A stretch of DNA of 64,000 bases, from NCBI GenBank assembly GCA_973851085.1, contig OZ316775.1, positions 22,816,001 through 22,880,000 on the forward strand, read 5' to 3'. The first letter of the stretch is position 1, and each line of letters opens with the position of its first letter. A program made the translations under genes and the position numbers. Shown here one piece after another: positions 1 to 13,541 of this stretch. Below the pieces are notes generated by a model. The model did not search any database and had not been told where the DNA came from. It saw only the letters and a list, made by a program, of their open reading frames with translations. This DNA is from Ptychomitrium polyphyllum. Taxonomy: Eukaryota.

Positions 1-1190
1 GTTCTCATAATAGGATTTTAGTAAAGTCTTCATTTTCAAAATGTTCAATGTTAATTTTAAATTTAAACTTGATTTAGTCAATTGGATGCAATGGAAGGAG
101 GAAGGAGGAAAGAGGAGGCTATTCTTCAAGATTCATGGATCATATTTTATCATGTCAAACGTGTCAAGTTGTGGACCATCACTGTTTGCCATGTAGACAA
201 TCTTGTTTACTACAAGGTTATAACCATTACAATCTATAACATGCAATCTAAATGTACAAAGGCTAAAATGTTGCCTAGCATGAATTTGAATGGCGTAATG
301 GTTAATAATGGATTCTTAAAATCTAATTCAAGGATTTTATGGTTGACAATATCCAAACCAATTGAAAAGTTGTTTATATTATTTACAAGGAATAGAAAAC
401 AAAAAATGAGTGCCATGAAAAACGAAGCGAAGACTTGTTCCTTGTATTAATTCTAATTCCTTAATCATATCACCAAATTTTAAAGGATTAATAGATGGTT
501 TGCACATGGAAAGGTGCTAGACATCAATTTTATAATCTCTTCCATCTTTCATAGTTTAGAATTATTACTATCAATGGATTTCATCACAAATCTTTTATAC
601 TCCAATTCAAAAGATCTCCACTATAGTGATGGTTGGTTAATTTATTAAAATAGCACATTTTGTTCCATGCAATAAGACAATGATATGGAAAGAAACTGCT
701 AAGCTATTTCTAAACAAAAGCTACTATATGCATGGAATAATGGTTGATATTGTATTCAATTGTAAGGCACAATGCATTTCTAATTTTTGGAGGGGACTGT
801 TCCAACTTTTGCACGTAAAAATCAACATTTCTACACTACATCATTAATAAATTGACGGCTAAACAAAATTAACATTTGGGACGATACCTTTGTTGCAGTA
901 TGAATTACCAATCAAATACTTCATGTGTCTTTGTTAAATTCCTACAATGAATCTTGTACATTAAAGCAAGTTTTTATACTAATTTTTTTATTGGAAATTA
1001 ACAATGAAATGGAAAATGATGTTGAAGGGATATTTGATTTACGTATTCAAAAATGGGTGCTTGGAGTATATTATATATTAATAAGGAGATGTCATCAATG
1101 AATAGACATGGAAACCTTTGATTAATGTTTCCAATGCAGTTGAGAAGGTTTAGAAATTCCATTGAAGGTATTTACAGAAACTAAGGTATT
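1..1190 (+). mobile_element. Heavily decayed Ty3/Gypsy (chromovirus) pol remnant: RNaseH end, integrase, chromodomain
   Basis: Broken integrase-like reads (..SMDFIT.., ..AHFVPCNKT.., ..SNFWRGLFQLL..) and a chromodomain-like tail (NNEMENDVEGIF..; WKPLINVSNA) with many stops and frameshifts. Colinear with the pol of the element at 14089-15770. Confidence 0.8.
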
Positions 1191-2351
1191 GATAAAATGT
1201 TACAGAAAATTAGAAGTTGCGTAACTTTGTAAAGAAGATTTATCATCAGCAATAGAAAGGCAAGTATTAGAAAGGGCAAGCCATATCCAACCCTCACTTG
1301 GTACGTAGGTGCATTTTTGAAACAAAGTGGCTCTAGACTTGGGTCATGTGCAAGCATGACCTATGGGAGCGAGGGAGGCATTGGGGGCGCTTTCGCCCAT
1401 GGCGGGGGCGACCTTGCGCAACCTGGGCCTGTACCATCGGCCACACTATTTCCTTGCTTTGGGGTCACGAACACCATAGCCCCCAACACTCTCTCGCGTC
1501 CCGACGGATTTTCGTTTCCGTCCCCCCATCCTCTTTTTCCTTTTGGTCGTTGTAGCGCTCCCCTCTGCATTCATCTCCGTTTTGCTGTACCCCTCATCTG
1601 GGCTGTGTCTCGTGCGTATTCTAGTTGGTGACACAGGCTTTCGTTGTTTTGGTCCTTCGGTGGTGTTCCTTGGGTTACGTTTGTTCGTTTAAGTTCTCTT
1701 GGGTGCAGGCAAACCCTATGGAAGGTCAACTTGACCGTCAATTGAGACCCGATTTAACCTCGAGGAGACGCACACGATTGATAAGCGGTGTTCGTTTGGG
1801 GTGGACAGGTCACCGAGTTGGTGCTAAGTGATGGTCTTGGATGTCATTCGAAGCATGCATTGGAAGCTCTTCAGCTGATGAGCGATCGAGTGTTACTGCG
1901 ACTTCGTGTAATTCCGTGCGAGATCTTCCTTCAGCAGGAAGGTATGATGTCGCTTTGCAGTGTTGATGGGTCGAACTTGAGTTGAGAATATTGAACGCCA
2001 CAAGTTGAGTCAACGGGCGGGGTTTGAACGAGCCCTAGGAGGAGAGAGCTGCACGGTAGCGTTGGTGGTGGTTATGGGATTGTGAGTTGGGTGCTTTAAA
2101 TGGATGTACTGTTCTGGATTGGTGAGTCGACTATCTCACGCAAAGCTTTATGCAGGATTTTTGTGAGTGACCTGTGAATGTGCACTTAGTGGCGCTCCAC
2201 GCACAGTGACTTCGGATGAAACTTCGGTTGGGAGTGCGACTGCTGCAGCTATTGACGGATTGAAGCAAGCGAGGGAGAAGTCTGAAGTTGAATCCTCAGT
2301 CTAGACTTTTTTCTTTTGCTGTGGGTGAAGGAAACGGAGTAAGCAGGAGTA

Positions 2352-5300
2352 ATGAAGTCGTTTAAGAAGCTGCGAGACTTCGCGCGGCAGGGGGGTAAGA
2401 ACAGAGAGAAGCAGGACAATGACAGCCATAGCAGCAGCTCAAGTTACCAGGTGGGCTATGAAGGTGGATACTTGGAACCGACGCAGGACGCGGAGCTCAT
2501 CACGAAGGGGATGAAGGTTGGTCGTGAAACGCTGCTCTCTTGCTTCTCTTGTTTTTTGGTTCTGCGTTGAGGGCGTGAGTGACATGTTGTTCGAGCAGTG
2601 TGCTGTGTAGGGTCGTTGTTGGATCTATAAGTATTTGAGGGTCCGCAGTTAAACCCGTGGTTGAATTCTGAGTTGGTTTCTGATGTATAGTTGAGAAATC
2701 GATGGTTCCATAAATGTTGCTTGCCAAGTGGATCACATGAATACTTGTAAATCGATGAAGCTTTGTGCAATTCCTTATGGCGCTGCCTTGGGTGTGGATA
2801 TAGATTGCAATTAAAGAGTTAACGAGTATCTGTTTCTCGAGTATGTTGAAGATAGTTTAGTTTTAATTTTTAACTCATTGTCTTCGACCTTCATGTTGAA
2901 AAGGATCAGTAAAGAGTAGCATTTTGCGAACATGCTGAGTGATTTATGGTTCAACCTTAAACTGTTTCTTTACTTTTTCTTTTACGTTGGGTACCGGTAA
3001 TGACTTCGAGGCTTCGTTTCTAAAGCTTCATACCAGTTTGCTTCATTACTCTTACTATGTGCCGTCAGCTCCATTGAGAATTGTACATTTTTAATGACAA
3101 AATTCAAGTAAGAGAAATTAGGGTCCTTAGAATGACGTTTTGTATGTGCAGGAAGCTTCAATGTGCGTGAGTCAAGGTAAGTGGGTGCCAGCTGGTTTGA
3201 AACCATCAGATGTCAAAGAAGCGTTCACAAAGTGCGTTCACTCTTGTAGAAAGAGTAATGTTTCGATTGCTACCGAAACCTACGTATCAAATTTTACTTG
3301 ACTTGAAGCAAACTATGATGTCACCAGTATGTTATCTATGGCCCTTGAAAAATTTCCTAATAATTACGGTAGTGGGTTATTTTGCAGGATGCTAGAGGTG
3401 CGCAGAAAAAATATGAGTTGCTCGTCAACTTGTCTGCCGAGGTTTCCAGTTGCGCTCTCGGTATAGCTTCTTTGACTTTTCTGTTTTAGCTCATAACTGT
3501 GTCAATAGGGCAAACGGTATTGTAATGTCTAAAGTACCCTATATCTTGTTATTTGACGGTGATTAGTCGTTGTTATCTTCACTTTTAGTAGAGTGTCTGT
3601 CCAAACGATGGATGATTTGCAACTTGCGTTGTAGGTCTATTATGTTCCACGCATATATATCCTCGCACTCCGATTCTATTTGCTGATATAAGATGTTTGG
3701 ATTGCTGCTCAGGCTTATCCACAGCTGTTCATGAAATGGCTTCGTATCTTGCGGCTCCAGGAGTCTTGGACGAGCAGTGTCAAGACGTTGGTAAGTCAGT
3801 TTCGAGATGTCTAGGGAGGCTTTCAAATTTTGCACAGATTGTAACATCTGTTAGGGCTAGTTTGAAGCAGGTAAGCAGCTGGTGGAACCTAGTTAGGTAT
3901 TGGATGGCTGACATTGTAGCAGCAGATGCATGCTGTTGAAGTTAGTCTACATCGGATGGTGGAAATTAAGGATTTATGGCCCCATGAAATCAAATTGAGT
4001 ATGTTATGTTGTGCGTGTTATGTCATTTCAGGAAGAGTATTCAAGCTTGTGGGAACAGTACAGTTTGAAATATCAAAATCATTGGAGCATTATGTAAGTA
4101 TAAAACTTTTCTCACATCTTGGTTGCTTCAGCTTGGTAGGAAATAGTTGCAGGTAGTGGAACTCCTTTGTTGATTTACATTGTGTTCTTTGAATTGGGTT
4201 ATGATGTTGGAAGTAGGTCTCAGGAGATCTCGAGATTGTCTGAATCATGAAGTTCACTCGTAATAGTTCATTCTTTTGAGTTATCATCGTCTTGACCAAC
4301 TTTTGTTTTCATCAGTATCTTAGAGTCTTATTTTAATGTTCAATGGCTTCATATTCTTGTAATTGCATTTCAGGCATCTCACGTAACCCAAACAGTCACC
4401 GCCCCAACAGAAAGTCTTATTACCGAGTTGCAAAATGTTATGGTGAGTTGAATTTTCTCTATTTACTCTCCAGAAATATGTGTGCACATGGAAACTAAAG
4501 GACCTTTACTTCACCCTGTAATAGTATCTCTATAGTTCGTTCGGACTCAGGAATGTGGACCTGCATTAAGTGCTCCTCACAAGCTCATACCCAGTACAGT
4601 GATTTGAATGACCCTTGTCCAGAAATGCCCATTTATCAGCGCATTCTTGTCTGTAACTTTAAGTTGGAGATCATCCCTTGATTGGAATTTTAAGGGTTAG
4701 TGAAACATGTTCAATATTCTAACAAGTTTGTTTATATATTGGTACGCTATTATTGCAGGAAACCAAAAGACAGTATGACTTGAAAAGGTAACACGTTTTT
4801 CAGTCTGCTTGTTTTGCCATGTCCTGGTAGCGACTTTCAGCTTCTATGATGACTTATAATGCTCGGAATAGATTGCATAAATAGTTCTAATATTTCTTGC
4901 TGAAATGAGTAAAGTTGCTGAAGCCATTGTCAAATTGTATGAGTGTAAATGGAGTTTCAGGCCCTTGACTTTTTTAGTGATGGGTGTCTTTTTCTGAACA
5001 GACAGTCGTTGGATACTATTCGGTTGCACATAGCAAGAGGAAGATCAAAAACTGGAAGGAGTGATACTCAGGACAAAGAGCAGCTTCACGCTGTAAGCCA
5101 ACATTTTCAGGAAGTTAGTAGGTCTCTTGGGGATCAATTATCATCGCTACGACAAGGTCGCTCTCAAAACCTTATAACGCAAGCTGCCCGGCATCATGCT
5201 GCCCAGGTAAACCTTGTTTTATTTGTACTAGTACTTATGACTTGGATCTTGGTATATATTTCACCTGTTCTGTTGTACTTGTTACGCGAACCTTGACAAC

Positions 5301-6680
5301 TTCTTGTGCTTTTCCGAATATTCATTTAAACCTTGTCTTGTCAATAAGATATTTGTGTTCTTATTATGGGCCAGTAATCAATGTATTTCTAATGATGGAC
5401 ATGACTGGTTAATTTGAGGAAATTTATAGAAACTAATTTTTATTTCGAAATCATAATTAGATGTTGTTGATATCTTTACCATTTTTGGGTGTGTAGATGA
5501 AACTATTCAGTAAAGGACTTACCTCTCTCCATGATATCGAGCCCCATATCAAGCAAGTCACCCAGGAGCTAAACATTAATCGACGTCTAAGTTCAGCTGA
5601 CATGGATGAATCCGAGGTCGAGGATGATGAAGTTGCCTCATATACAGATGTTATTCATGATGATGGATCTTATTTTGATGATGCTGATGAAGAGATGGAA
5701 CATCGCCATTCTCGGGAAGATGATCTGGCATCCGGGAGCTCTGAAAATGTAAGTTAAATTTTCAATGAAATTCTTCCTTTCTGTTTGAAAGCTTTGAAGT
5801 GTTGATAGATCAACGCAACTCTTTATGCTTGCAATTGATGAAGATACCTATTGTTTTTACTAGTTAGAATGTTTTCTTGTGCTAAGGTTTGGAGAATTAT
5901 TTACTTTTGCAGGGAGGCAATGCACCAGTAAACATGAGTCGAGAATGGAGTTCGTATATGGCATCGACAAGCGACAAGGCCAGAACGTTTGGAACGTCTG
6001 GGAATGAGGGTTTTGATTCTCCGTTGCCTCAGTGGGTAACCACAGGAAGTAAATCAACACCCACTTCACCACTTGCTACATCTGATGGTGGTGATGGGAT
6101 TCTTAATTCTCACCATCGTCATCACCACAGTGTTATGCCTACAAACTCCACACCTGTGCACAAGAGGACGACCAAGATGGGTGTTCCCATGACCATGTTT
6201 CCACCACTTGATCATTCTTTGAGTATTCGGCCCATGCCATTACCCCTTCCAGTTGACACCCCTCCTACATTGAACTTTGAATCCCCTTCTTTGTCTTCAA
6301 CTCCCAGAGGTTTTGTGGCACTCAGTTCTGTTCCTTCTAAGAAACGATACAGCTACTCAGGTCCTCTAACTTCTTCTGCCAAGCCCATGAGATCCCGTAG
6401 TTCAGGTGTTCCTAGTAGTGGACCTCTACTTCCATCCGGTAAATCACGGCAGCGGCCTGGATCGCCCTGTGGGCCTTTACAGTCCCCTAGAAGTACTCCG
6501 GCTACCTCTCCCTCTAAAGTATCACCGCCACAAATTCGAGAGCTGCACAAACTACCTCCACCCCCTTTGAGTGCTAGTTCATCCCCTATAGCAGTGACAT
6601 CAGTGTCATTAGGTATGATTCCCCACTCGGCTTCTTTGCATAGACATGAAGCCAGATTGCACGCCAAAACATGGACTTGA
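2352..6680 (+). CDS. BAR-domain protein with Pro/Ser-rich C-terminal tail (At2g33490-like family), 9 coding exons
   Basis: Phase-compatible GT-AG exons: 2352-2516, 3388-3460, 3713-3790, 4032-4093, 4374-4442, 4759-4787, 5002-5206, 5497-5748, 5913-6680. Motifs MKSFKKLRDFA, HVTQTVTAPTESLITEL, ETKRQYD, NLITQAARHHAAQ, YSYSGPL, SPPQIRELHKLPPPP, HSASL match my recollection of this plant family. Confidence 0.85.
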
Positions 6681-7589
6681 CATTCATTTACCTTATTCGA
6701 AACAGTGAAGCAAATGATCCATAACACTACAGTGGTGCATTTGAGGATTGAATGCCGTTCTAAAGCATGAGAAGTTGTTTTAATGTACAAAATTTATTAT
6801 CAGGTTTTACAAATGCACATATTTTACAACCTTGTTTTATGTCCAGTTCTATGGGCAATAAATTGAATGACATCTAAGCCTGGTGTTTATTAGTGACCAT
6901 CCTGTCGGGTGAATCATTAACAGAGTCCTGTGAAGAAGAATGAAGATCAAATTCAACATAGGATGTTGATGCCCTTACACAAGATAAAATTAATGATTTC
7001 CTGGGTAAGTACCTGAGCTTGTTTGAAGTTGAAAACTCAAAGGTAGCAAACATGTCAACATGAACGAAATTGAGCCTCAATCAAACAAATTCCGATTCAG
7101 TCAGAATTTCTAAACATCAGTTCATTACAATCTGAAGGGAACATCATAGGAATTGCTGCAGAGGAGATTTCGTCCAAAGCACTGGTCAGGGTGAAGTGTC
7201 CTGGTAGCACCCCACGAAAAAATTAAAAAGCTCTAACTGATGGTCTAGCCTCATGGAGATTCCTCTGATATTTTCAGACGTGCAAAGAGTGATACATTTA
7301 GGAAATATAGTACCACTTGTTGATGTGTGTTACAATGTCATGTGTAAGCTCAAGTTTTGCAGGATTTTGAATTCAAAAAAAGTCCTCTCAAGTAACATAT
7401 AGAATCGAACAAGCAAGTTACTGTACATAAACCAAGTTTGATAATGGAAGCTTCAGAATCAAATGGACGATGTATAGTTTGCTGAAGGAATTTCATTGAA
7501 GTAAGGATCGTGAATTAGAATCCGAACTCACAACTTTTAATTAACAAAATTCATCACAACAAACTTAACAACCTCCAATTAAATTTGAA

Positions 7590-7900
7590 TGAGCTACTCA
7601 AATCTTTTGCAATATTTGTGGGAAGCACTTGTCAAGATGCAAATTGTCGAAGAATAATTGTCAATATCAACTATCACGTAACTCCATCTCCATTATATCA
7701 CAAAACACTCTTACCCTTTATATATTGTAGTTAGGATTATATATTCCACATCTATAATTCCATAACTCTACTTAAATTCCATAATACTACATAAACTCTA
7801 TAATACTACATAAATTTTTCAACACTCTCTTCATTACATAATACAATGTTGGCAAAAATGACTCTCCAACCCTTTGTGCATTTGGCCACAATCTTTTTAT
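7590..7900 (-). mobile_element. Possible decayed Copia 3' end (RNaseH tail, PPT, LTR start)
   Basis: Minus strand has a degenerate 'IVA..TKG' segment (~7870-7895), purine run GAAGAGAG followed by TGTTG at 7824, short ~20-bp repeats (7760-7815) and TATATAAAGGG near 7720. Left boundary is a guess. Confidence 0.35.
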
Positions 7901-8990
7901 CTATTATAATTCATAAAGATTTTTGAACACTATCCTCATAATTATATCAAATACTCTAATAAAAAGTCAATTAACTTATATTTGAGATTTATCATTAAAT
8001 GGACTTTAACCTCATTGCCTATTATAAGTCAAGGCTTTTATCAATATAGTCAATATAAATATCTTCAAAGCTACAAGTGTCTTTGAAGCTACAAGTAGAT
8101 CCAATTTAATATTGTCTTATGAAATGAACTTCGTCAGCTCATCAATTGCATCAATTGAAGTAGCCGTAAGATAGTCCATCCATTCAAGTCCTTCACGAAA
8201 GTCCTTCACGAACTTCCAGTCCCTCTGCACAAGTCCTTCAGGAGCTGCCACACTCACAATACTTTTGAAATGCCACTGTTGACTCGAATCACAATGCAGA
8301 GGGGTGGCTAACATTCAGCATGGATCCAAGATCCACTAATGACGGAGTAGAAATCAGAATCGCAGTCACTCTCTGTGGCACTGGTTGCTATCATTAATTG
8401 AGATTCTCTGTCCTAGGCAGAGGTGACTGACCATCAATGTGATCATCTAAGACTGATTTCACCGCTGGTGTAGCAATTGCAAGGTCTGGGCCATTTCATC
8501 TACGTTTGTTCTTGAATCGGGTTTGAGAATTGCAACCCAACCTTACATTCCCATGCTCCCAAGCCTAATTCCATTTCATAGACAATTTTGAATGTGTGTG
8601 CCCCCACCGACACAGCAATTCCTTCAATTTCTCATTAACTTTGGTGGACTCTCAAGGACCCGAGACAACCTTACAACCGAGTAATCTTGTCACTTCACAG
8701 CATCCCTGCCTAAGTATCTCCCAGGTATCATAGCAGTGTCACCGATGTATCACCCGAAGTGGACGGACAAACTCCCTGAGCCAGAGACTACTTGTGACTT
8801 CGTTTAGGTTTCAGAGAATTTAGAGAACTTCGTTGTGAGGAAGGATTGTTAGTTTGGGCTTTCGTGTGGGAAGTATGAGGAGGATTTGGTGATGATACCG
8901 GTGGCGTGATTAGCTGGTTGAGGTGGACTGGAGCTGGATTGTGGTGGAGGGGAGGGGAGGGGAGGGGAAACGAGAGGAGAGTGATAGAAG

Positions 8991-9861
8991 ATGTCGATTC
9001 TCAAGTACATGGTGCTGCTACACACTGATGTGCCGAGAGCAGCGCAGTTTTACGCGCATGGATTGGGATTAGCGGTCAACGTGTGCACCACGCGCTGGGC
9101 GGAGCTTCAGTCGGGTCCGTGCAAGATCGCGCTTATGGAAGCGCCCAGGTTGTTGTTCCCTTCGCTTTCATCTCTGCTTTTCAATTGCTTGGTTTGCTCT
9201 TCCCTAGAACCCATTTTCCTTCTTCACTTACTCTATGCACCCACAATTTGATTGAATTTTCGCATTCTGGCGAATTCTTTCTTACGATGAGTTACTGTAT
9301 TGTGGTAGAGCGAATTTGGGTAGTGAATACATCCGGTGCAAAATTAGGGTTTCGTCTCCGTTTTGAGAGTTTGAATTGGCGATGGAGTGAGTGAGTGACA
9401 GAGACATGATCCTTTTGGGTTTTCTTAGTTGGTCGATGTGTTTTCCAGGAGTTTTTCGAAAATCACGGAGTTTCTCCGAGGTCACGCAATTGGATGGCTA
9501 TGGGCATATGTATCCATCTGTCTCGACATTGTACCCTGACGAATATGTGCGTGATTCTGTATTACAGCAATGTGGAGTTATCAAAGGGCTATTCGCCGTT
9601 CTTGTCCTTTAATGTAAAAGACATGGATGGCACTGTGTTGAGGTTACTGTCCATGGGTGCTGAGCTGGATGGTCCTATTAAGCATCCTCCTCAGGGCAAG
9701 GTGTGTTGTAGTGCTGGCTCATGTGCCTCTGACTTTTTGATTCTTTTAGTTTGCAACACCTTGAGCTGGGTGTTGATGTGTCCTGAGTGTGCTATGTGCA
9801 GGTTGCAGCAATGCGGTGCTTGGACGGTCACTTGTTGGGGCTGTTTGAGCCGAATGAGTAA
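8991..9861 (+). CDS. Glyoxalase/VOC-superfamily protein (lactoylglutathione lyase-like, At2g32090-type), 116 aa, 3 exons
   Basis: Exons 8991-9148, 9568-9700 and 9802-9861 join in frame: MSILKYMVLLHTDVPRAAQFYAHGLG..RWAELQSG..KGYSPFLSFNVKDMD..GAELDGPIKHPPQGKVAAMRCLDGHLLGLFEPNE*. Confidence 0.9.
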
Positions 9862-11188
9862 GCTGCATTGTGAGTAGGAGCACATCTGGAATTTGATACT
9901 TCATGGTCAAAGACTCAAAACTGACGCCGGTCTTTGGATCGTGTACTGGAAATAGTGTCTTCTGTGTAACCTGCGTGATTCACACTTCTGAAGAAACTCA
10001 GGTCATTTGTGCTGCCATGCTTTCATCAAATATATAATTAGGTTTTAAAGAGACAATCTTGGGCTTTGTTAGGACTAAATTTCCTAGAGCTTGATACAGC
10101 AGGTACCGAAATATCTAGTGAGGTGCGGCAGCCTCGAGGAACCCAGGAGTGTAGGTGCAACCATCACTTTCACTGGTGTTTTTTTGTTTTTCATCTTTTG
10201 TAAATGATGATAGTTAGCATATAGCTACCTCTTTGCATTTTGCAGTATTGTATTCTCCTTCATGTGACGAGAAAGGGCTACTTGTAAATGCAGGTGAATC
10301 TACTGTTTATTGGTAATTCCGTGTCTACATCAGTGTGGGTAGCAGCCGCCCCTGTTCGTTGAGCTCCTGGGAGTCTCCATCCACGGATGGCTCGCAGCTG
10401 GACCCTTTGTAACAGCTCTTTCAATTCGTGCTAGTTGAGAAGTATCCCAGTTTACCCTTCTATGAAAGTTCTTTGAAAATTGGAGATCCTGTTTGAAATT
10501 GGTTTTAGAGGGGTTAAAAAATATAAGAATATCATGGTGAAAATAGGCAATAACGCAATGTTCGTAGTTGACAGGTAATACTCTTAGAATTTAACCTCCA
10601 ATTTCACTGCTAGTTATTCAGAGTTTAACCTCCAAATTTCACCGATAATTTTTCTTATTCAGATTTTCATGAACTTTTTATCCAGCATGATGGTTCGTGC
10701 AGCAAAGTCGTATATGGAATTTCACTTATTGTCCTTGCTTGACAACTATAACTGCTATTCTCTTGCACGATATGCATGTAACTGTTTCTGTTTGTAGCTT
10801 TCTTAATGATCGAATCCTGTTAAAAACTCCAGAAAGCAATCATTCAGATTAAGAATTCTACTGCTTGTTGAGGAGCAAAAATACAAATTGGTACATTTCC
10901 TTCCGAGTAAGACGATCTGGTGTTGTCCCAAAACACTAGTGGCGACCCCAAACCATCCATGGCGATGGGAAGGAGCAGGCAAATGCCGTACTACCAGCTG
11001 CACTAGGATAACCGGTACTCGAGATGTGCAAGACGTGAGTTGAGAATGCTGATACTTTTTATCCTAGTGATAATGTCTAATCCTTGTGAAACAACTCTGT
11101 TGACCATGTGCCTGAGAAGCACGTGGTTGATAAAGGGATGTGTGTGATGAGTCTATTTACTTGTTCTCTATTGACCTTCAACAATGAA

Positions 11189-11364
11189 GATGAGGGATGT
11201 TAAGGATGAGGGATGTTGAGGATGAGGGACGTTGAGGATGAGGGACGTTGAGGATGAGGGACGTTGAGGATGAGGGACGTTGAGGATGAGGGACGTTGAG
11301 GATGAGGGACGTTGAGGATGAGGGACGTTGAGGATGAGGGACGTTGAGGATGAGGGATATTGGA
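11189..11364. repeat. 16-bp minisatellite (GATGAGGGACGTTGAG) x ~11
   Basis: Directly visible: 8 perfect central units (11221-11348) flanked by slightly degenerate units. Confidence 0.95.
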
Positions 11365-11540
11365 GATTAAATGTTAACGTTGTGCATGGTGTGGGGAGTA
11401 CCACCATTGAAGTTGAGGATGATGTATTCCACAAAGGATGGTCTTCTAGTTTTCCTTTGCTCATCTTTTATATACATCAACTTTTCTAATCCAACGTCAT
11501 TTGTGAATAAACATGTAGAAAGCAAAGTCACCTTTGTAGT

Positions 11541-12970
11541 TACTAATGACATAGATTATGCAACAGTCTTTAGAATCTTTTAAAACCCTCTAATATATTA
11601 TAATAGCTTCTTAAAACTATTTTAATACTTTCATCATCATTCCACCTTTTTTTGAGGAATTTTTAAAAAAAATTCCATTTCTTTAGAAAAATTTCTTATG
11701 AAGGTTCTACTTCCTTTGGAATCTTCTTAGGAAGGTTTTGTAGATTCCTTGAACATTTTTAAGCTTCATAGGAAGCTTTTTTGAAGGTATCATTGAAAAT
11801 ACAAACGTCATAATACAAGTAGAAGGCAAGACAAGATCTACCTTAGTTTCACCAACATGAGTTGTGGACCATTTTGTATTGTGCCATTATACTGGTCTTT
11901 GTAATAACTCTCATTAATCCTTATCTCTTTGGAAGTTAATTCTTTAAAATCACTTTGCGTTTGCTTCTTATTTTTTGTTGTTCTAAAAATTTTGCAAGCT
12001 TATTCTCCATTTATGTAAATGCAAAGGTTTCTTTAAGAAGATAGTAAATTATTCAACTTCTTTATCTTAAAAAGGACTTCATCCAACATTCCAAACCACC
12101 TCCTAGAACACCCATTTTATTTGTAAAGAAGAAAGAAAATATCACCACTTCCTAGAACACCCATTTTATTTGTAAAGAAGAAAGAAAATATCACTACGTA
12201 TGTGCATAGACTATTCAGTCTTCAATAAAGTAATTAAGAAGAATCGCTATCTATTATCATTAATCTCAATACTTCTACAACAACTTAGCCAAGTAAAGAT
12301 ATTTACCAATATTGATTATGAAAGAGCCTTCAACCTTGTACGTATCAAAAAAAAAGATGAAAAGAAGACAACCTTTTAATCTAAATATAGCCATTTTGAA
12401 TACAATGTTATGCCTTTTGACCTTACTAATGCTCTTTGTAGTCTTCCACAATATGATGGATGATATATTATATGAGCATTTGGAGGACTTTGTAATCATT
12501 TGCTTGTATGATATTTTGATATGTTCAAAGGATGAATAAGACCACGAATGTTATGTGTGACTGGTCTTAGAAAAACTACGCCAGCAAGGACTATATGCCA
12601 AATTAAAGAAGTGTCTTTTTTATGAATCCTTGCTTGAATTTCTAAGCTACATCATTTCCAAAGGAAGAATTCATAAGGATGAGAAAAAAATAAGCATTAT
12701 CATGGAGTGGAATATGCCAAAATCAATTCAAGATGTTCAATATTTCTTGGACTTTGCAAACTTCTCTAACATTTTTATTAAGGACTATTCCAAAATTACG
12801 GCACTATTGAAACGACTTATGACAAATCAAAAATTCACTTGAAATAAAGAGGCAAAAGGAACATTTTAAGTTCTTAAGAAGCCATTTCTATTGGCTCCAA
12901 TTTTCATATATTTAAATCCGTCAAAGCCTTTTTATTTGAACATAAATGCTTTAGACTTTGCACTTGGCTT
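11541..12970 (+). mobile_element. Internally deleted Gypsy element A: LTR (~11541-11990) joined almost directly to decayed RT/RNaseH
   Basis: The LTR is similar to the reverse complement of element B's LTRs (e.g. GGCAAGACAAG..CCTTAGT..GTTGTGG). RT motifs follow (PILFVKKKE, VIKKNRY, LEDFVIICLYDILI, EFLSYIIS, DFANFS). The RNaseH start (..DFALG) is cut at 12970. gag and protease are absent. Confidence 0.8.
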
Positions 12971-13541
12971 TGTTATGGACACATGAAACAAGAAGCAAAA
13001 ACGAAGTGTTTCCCAAGAATTAGCTTCCAAAGAACTAATGATTAACAAGAACTTGATACAAAGACTAAAACAAGGCAGGATTTAAGATGATCCACAACTT
13101 GTGTTGACAAAACTAAGGAATACCTTGTCTTGCTTCCTATTTATACTATGACATTTGTATTTCCTAGGATACTTCTAAAGAAGCTTCCTACAAGGCTTAA
13201 GAATGTTCTACAAGGCTTAAGAATGTTCTAGAAATCTAGGGAACATTTCCAAGAAGTTTCCTAAGATGTTGGAACCTTCCTAAGAAGCTTCCAAGGAATT
13301 GGAACCTTCCTTAGAAGTTTCCTAGAGAGGTAGAACCTTCCTAGAAAGTTTTCTAAGAAGTTATCTAAGATGATAGAACCTTCCTAGGAAATTTCAAAAG
13401 TGGAGGACCTTTCCTAGGAAGCTTCTTAAAAACATGAAAAGGCTATGGAGACATTTAAAAATATTCTAAGAAACTATTATAGTATAATAGAAGGTTCTAT
13501 AATGTTCTAAGGACTATTTTCCAAGATCTATGTCCGTGACA
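12971..13541 (-). repeat. 3' LTR of element B (571 bp)
   Basis: TGTTATGGAC...GTCCGTGACA termini, adjacent to the PPT; internal GGAACCTTCCTAGGAAG-type tandem units. Confidence 0.9.

Noticed and set aside
6353..6790. 145-aa antisense ORF
   Set aside because: Shadow of the Pro/Ser-rich last exon of the BAR-domain gene.
11189..11364. CRISPR-like array
   Set aside because: The units are contiguous with no spacers, and the context is eukaryotic.
11168..11464. Minus-strand 98-aa ORF with repeated QRPSSSTSLILNVPHP
   Set aside because: A by-product of the 16-bp minisatellite (3 units = 16 codons); no other coding evidence.
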